This document shows positions 63,874-64,000 of a stretch of 64,000 nt of DNA, one piece after another. Source of the DNA: a virus (lineage: Duplodnaviria > Caudoviricetes); IMG/VR virus record IMGVR_UViG_2974795854_000001, positions 1-64,000 of that record. The stretch is one strand, 5' to 3'. Below the pieces are notes generated by a model, which was given only the letters and a program-made list of their open reading frames with translations, did not search any database and was not told where the DNA came from. Each line of letters begins with the position of its first letter. The stretch's first letter is position 1. The position numbers and the translations under genes were made by a program.

Positions 63874-64000
63874 ATGAAGAAAAAAGCTAAACCTAAAACA
63901 GCTAGAGGCTATAATAGGCAAACAAACGCTAAGAAAATAGTGTACGATGGCATAACTTTCCGGTCTAGGTTGGAGATGATGATGTATAGATTGTTACAAA
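63874..64000 (+). CDS. partial PD-(D/E)XK endonuclease-like protein (truncated by the right edge)
   Basis: KKIVYDGITFRSRLEMMMY; TATATTTA element at 63860. Confidence 0.55.
   Translation, partial: MKKKAKPKTARGYNRQTNAKKIVYDGITFRSRLEMMMYRLLQ

Overview
The window is part of a large lytic podovirus of Bacteroidetes, probably Flavobacteria, with a crAss-like structural module and the standard genetic code. It has three zones. (1) 1-29.9 kb, minus strand, late/virion module: TerL, portal, scaffold, major capsid, ring/tail-tube proteins, tail stabilisation protein, internal virion proteins (including a large ORF cut by the left edge), tandem GroES, two tail fibres, amidase lysis cassette, RyR-domain protein and a serine recombinase. 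(2) 29.9-36.7 kb, RNA/regulatory zone: a structured non-coding segment, then a minus-strand array of 24 tRNA genes covering all 20 amino acids. The array is subdivided by three near-identical promoter repeats, each followed by a 25-29 codon ORF and an intrinsic terminator directly ahead of the tRNAs. A 1.7 kb non-coding strand-switch region follows. (3) 36.7-64 kb, plus strand, early/replication genes: many small hypotheticals punctuated by a repeated AACACTATCAA motif, two identical tRNA-Glu copies, a tmRNA with an atypical 30-aa tag, PRTase, M20/M28 peptidase, lysozyme, a tRNA-like RNA directly upstream of RtcB, a metallophosphoesterase, primase-helicase, a DUF5664-HAD fusion and family A DNA polymerase. 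The most interesting candidates are the uORF-attenuator-like control of the tRNA array, the tRNA-mimic/RtcB pair and the AACACTATCAA motif. All protein assignments come from motif recognition by eye; no database searches were run.
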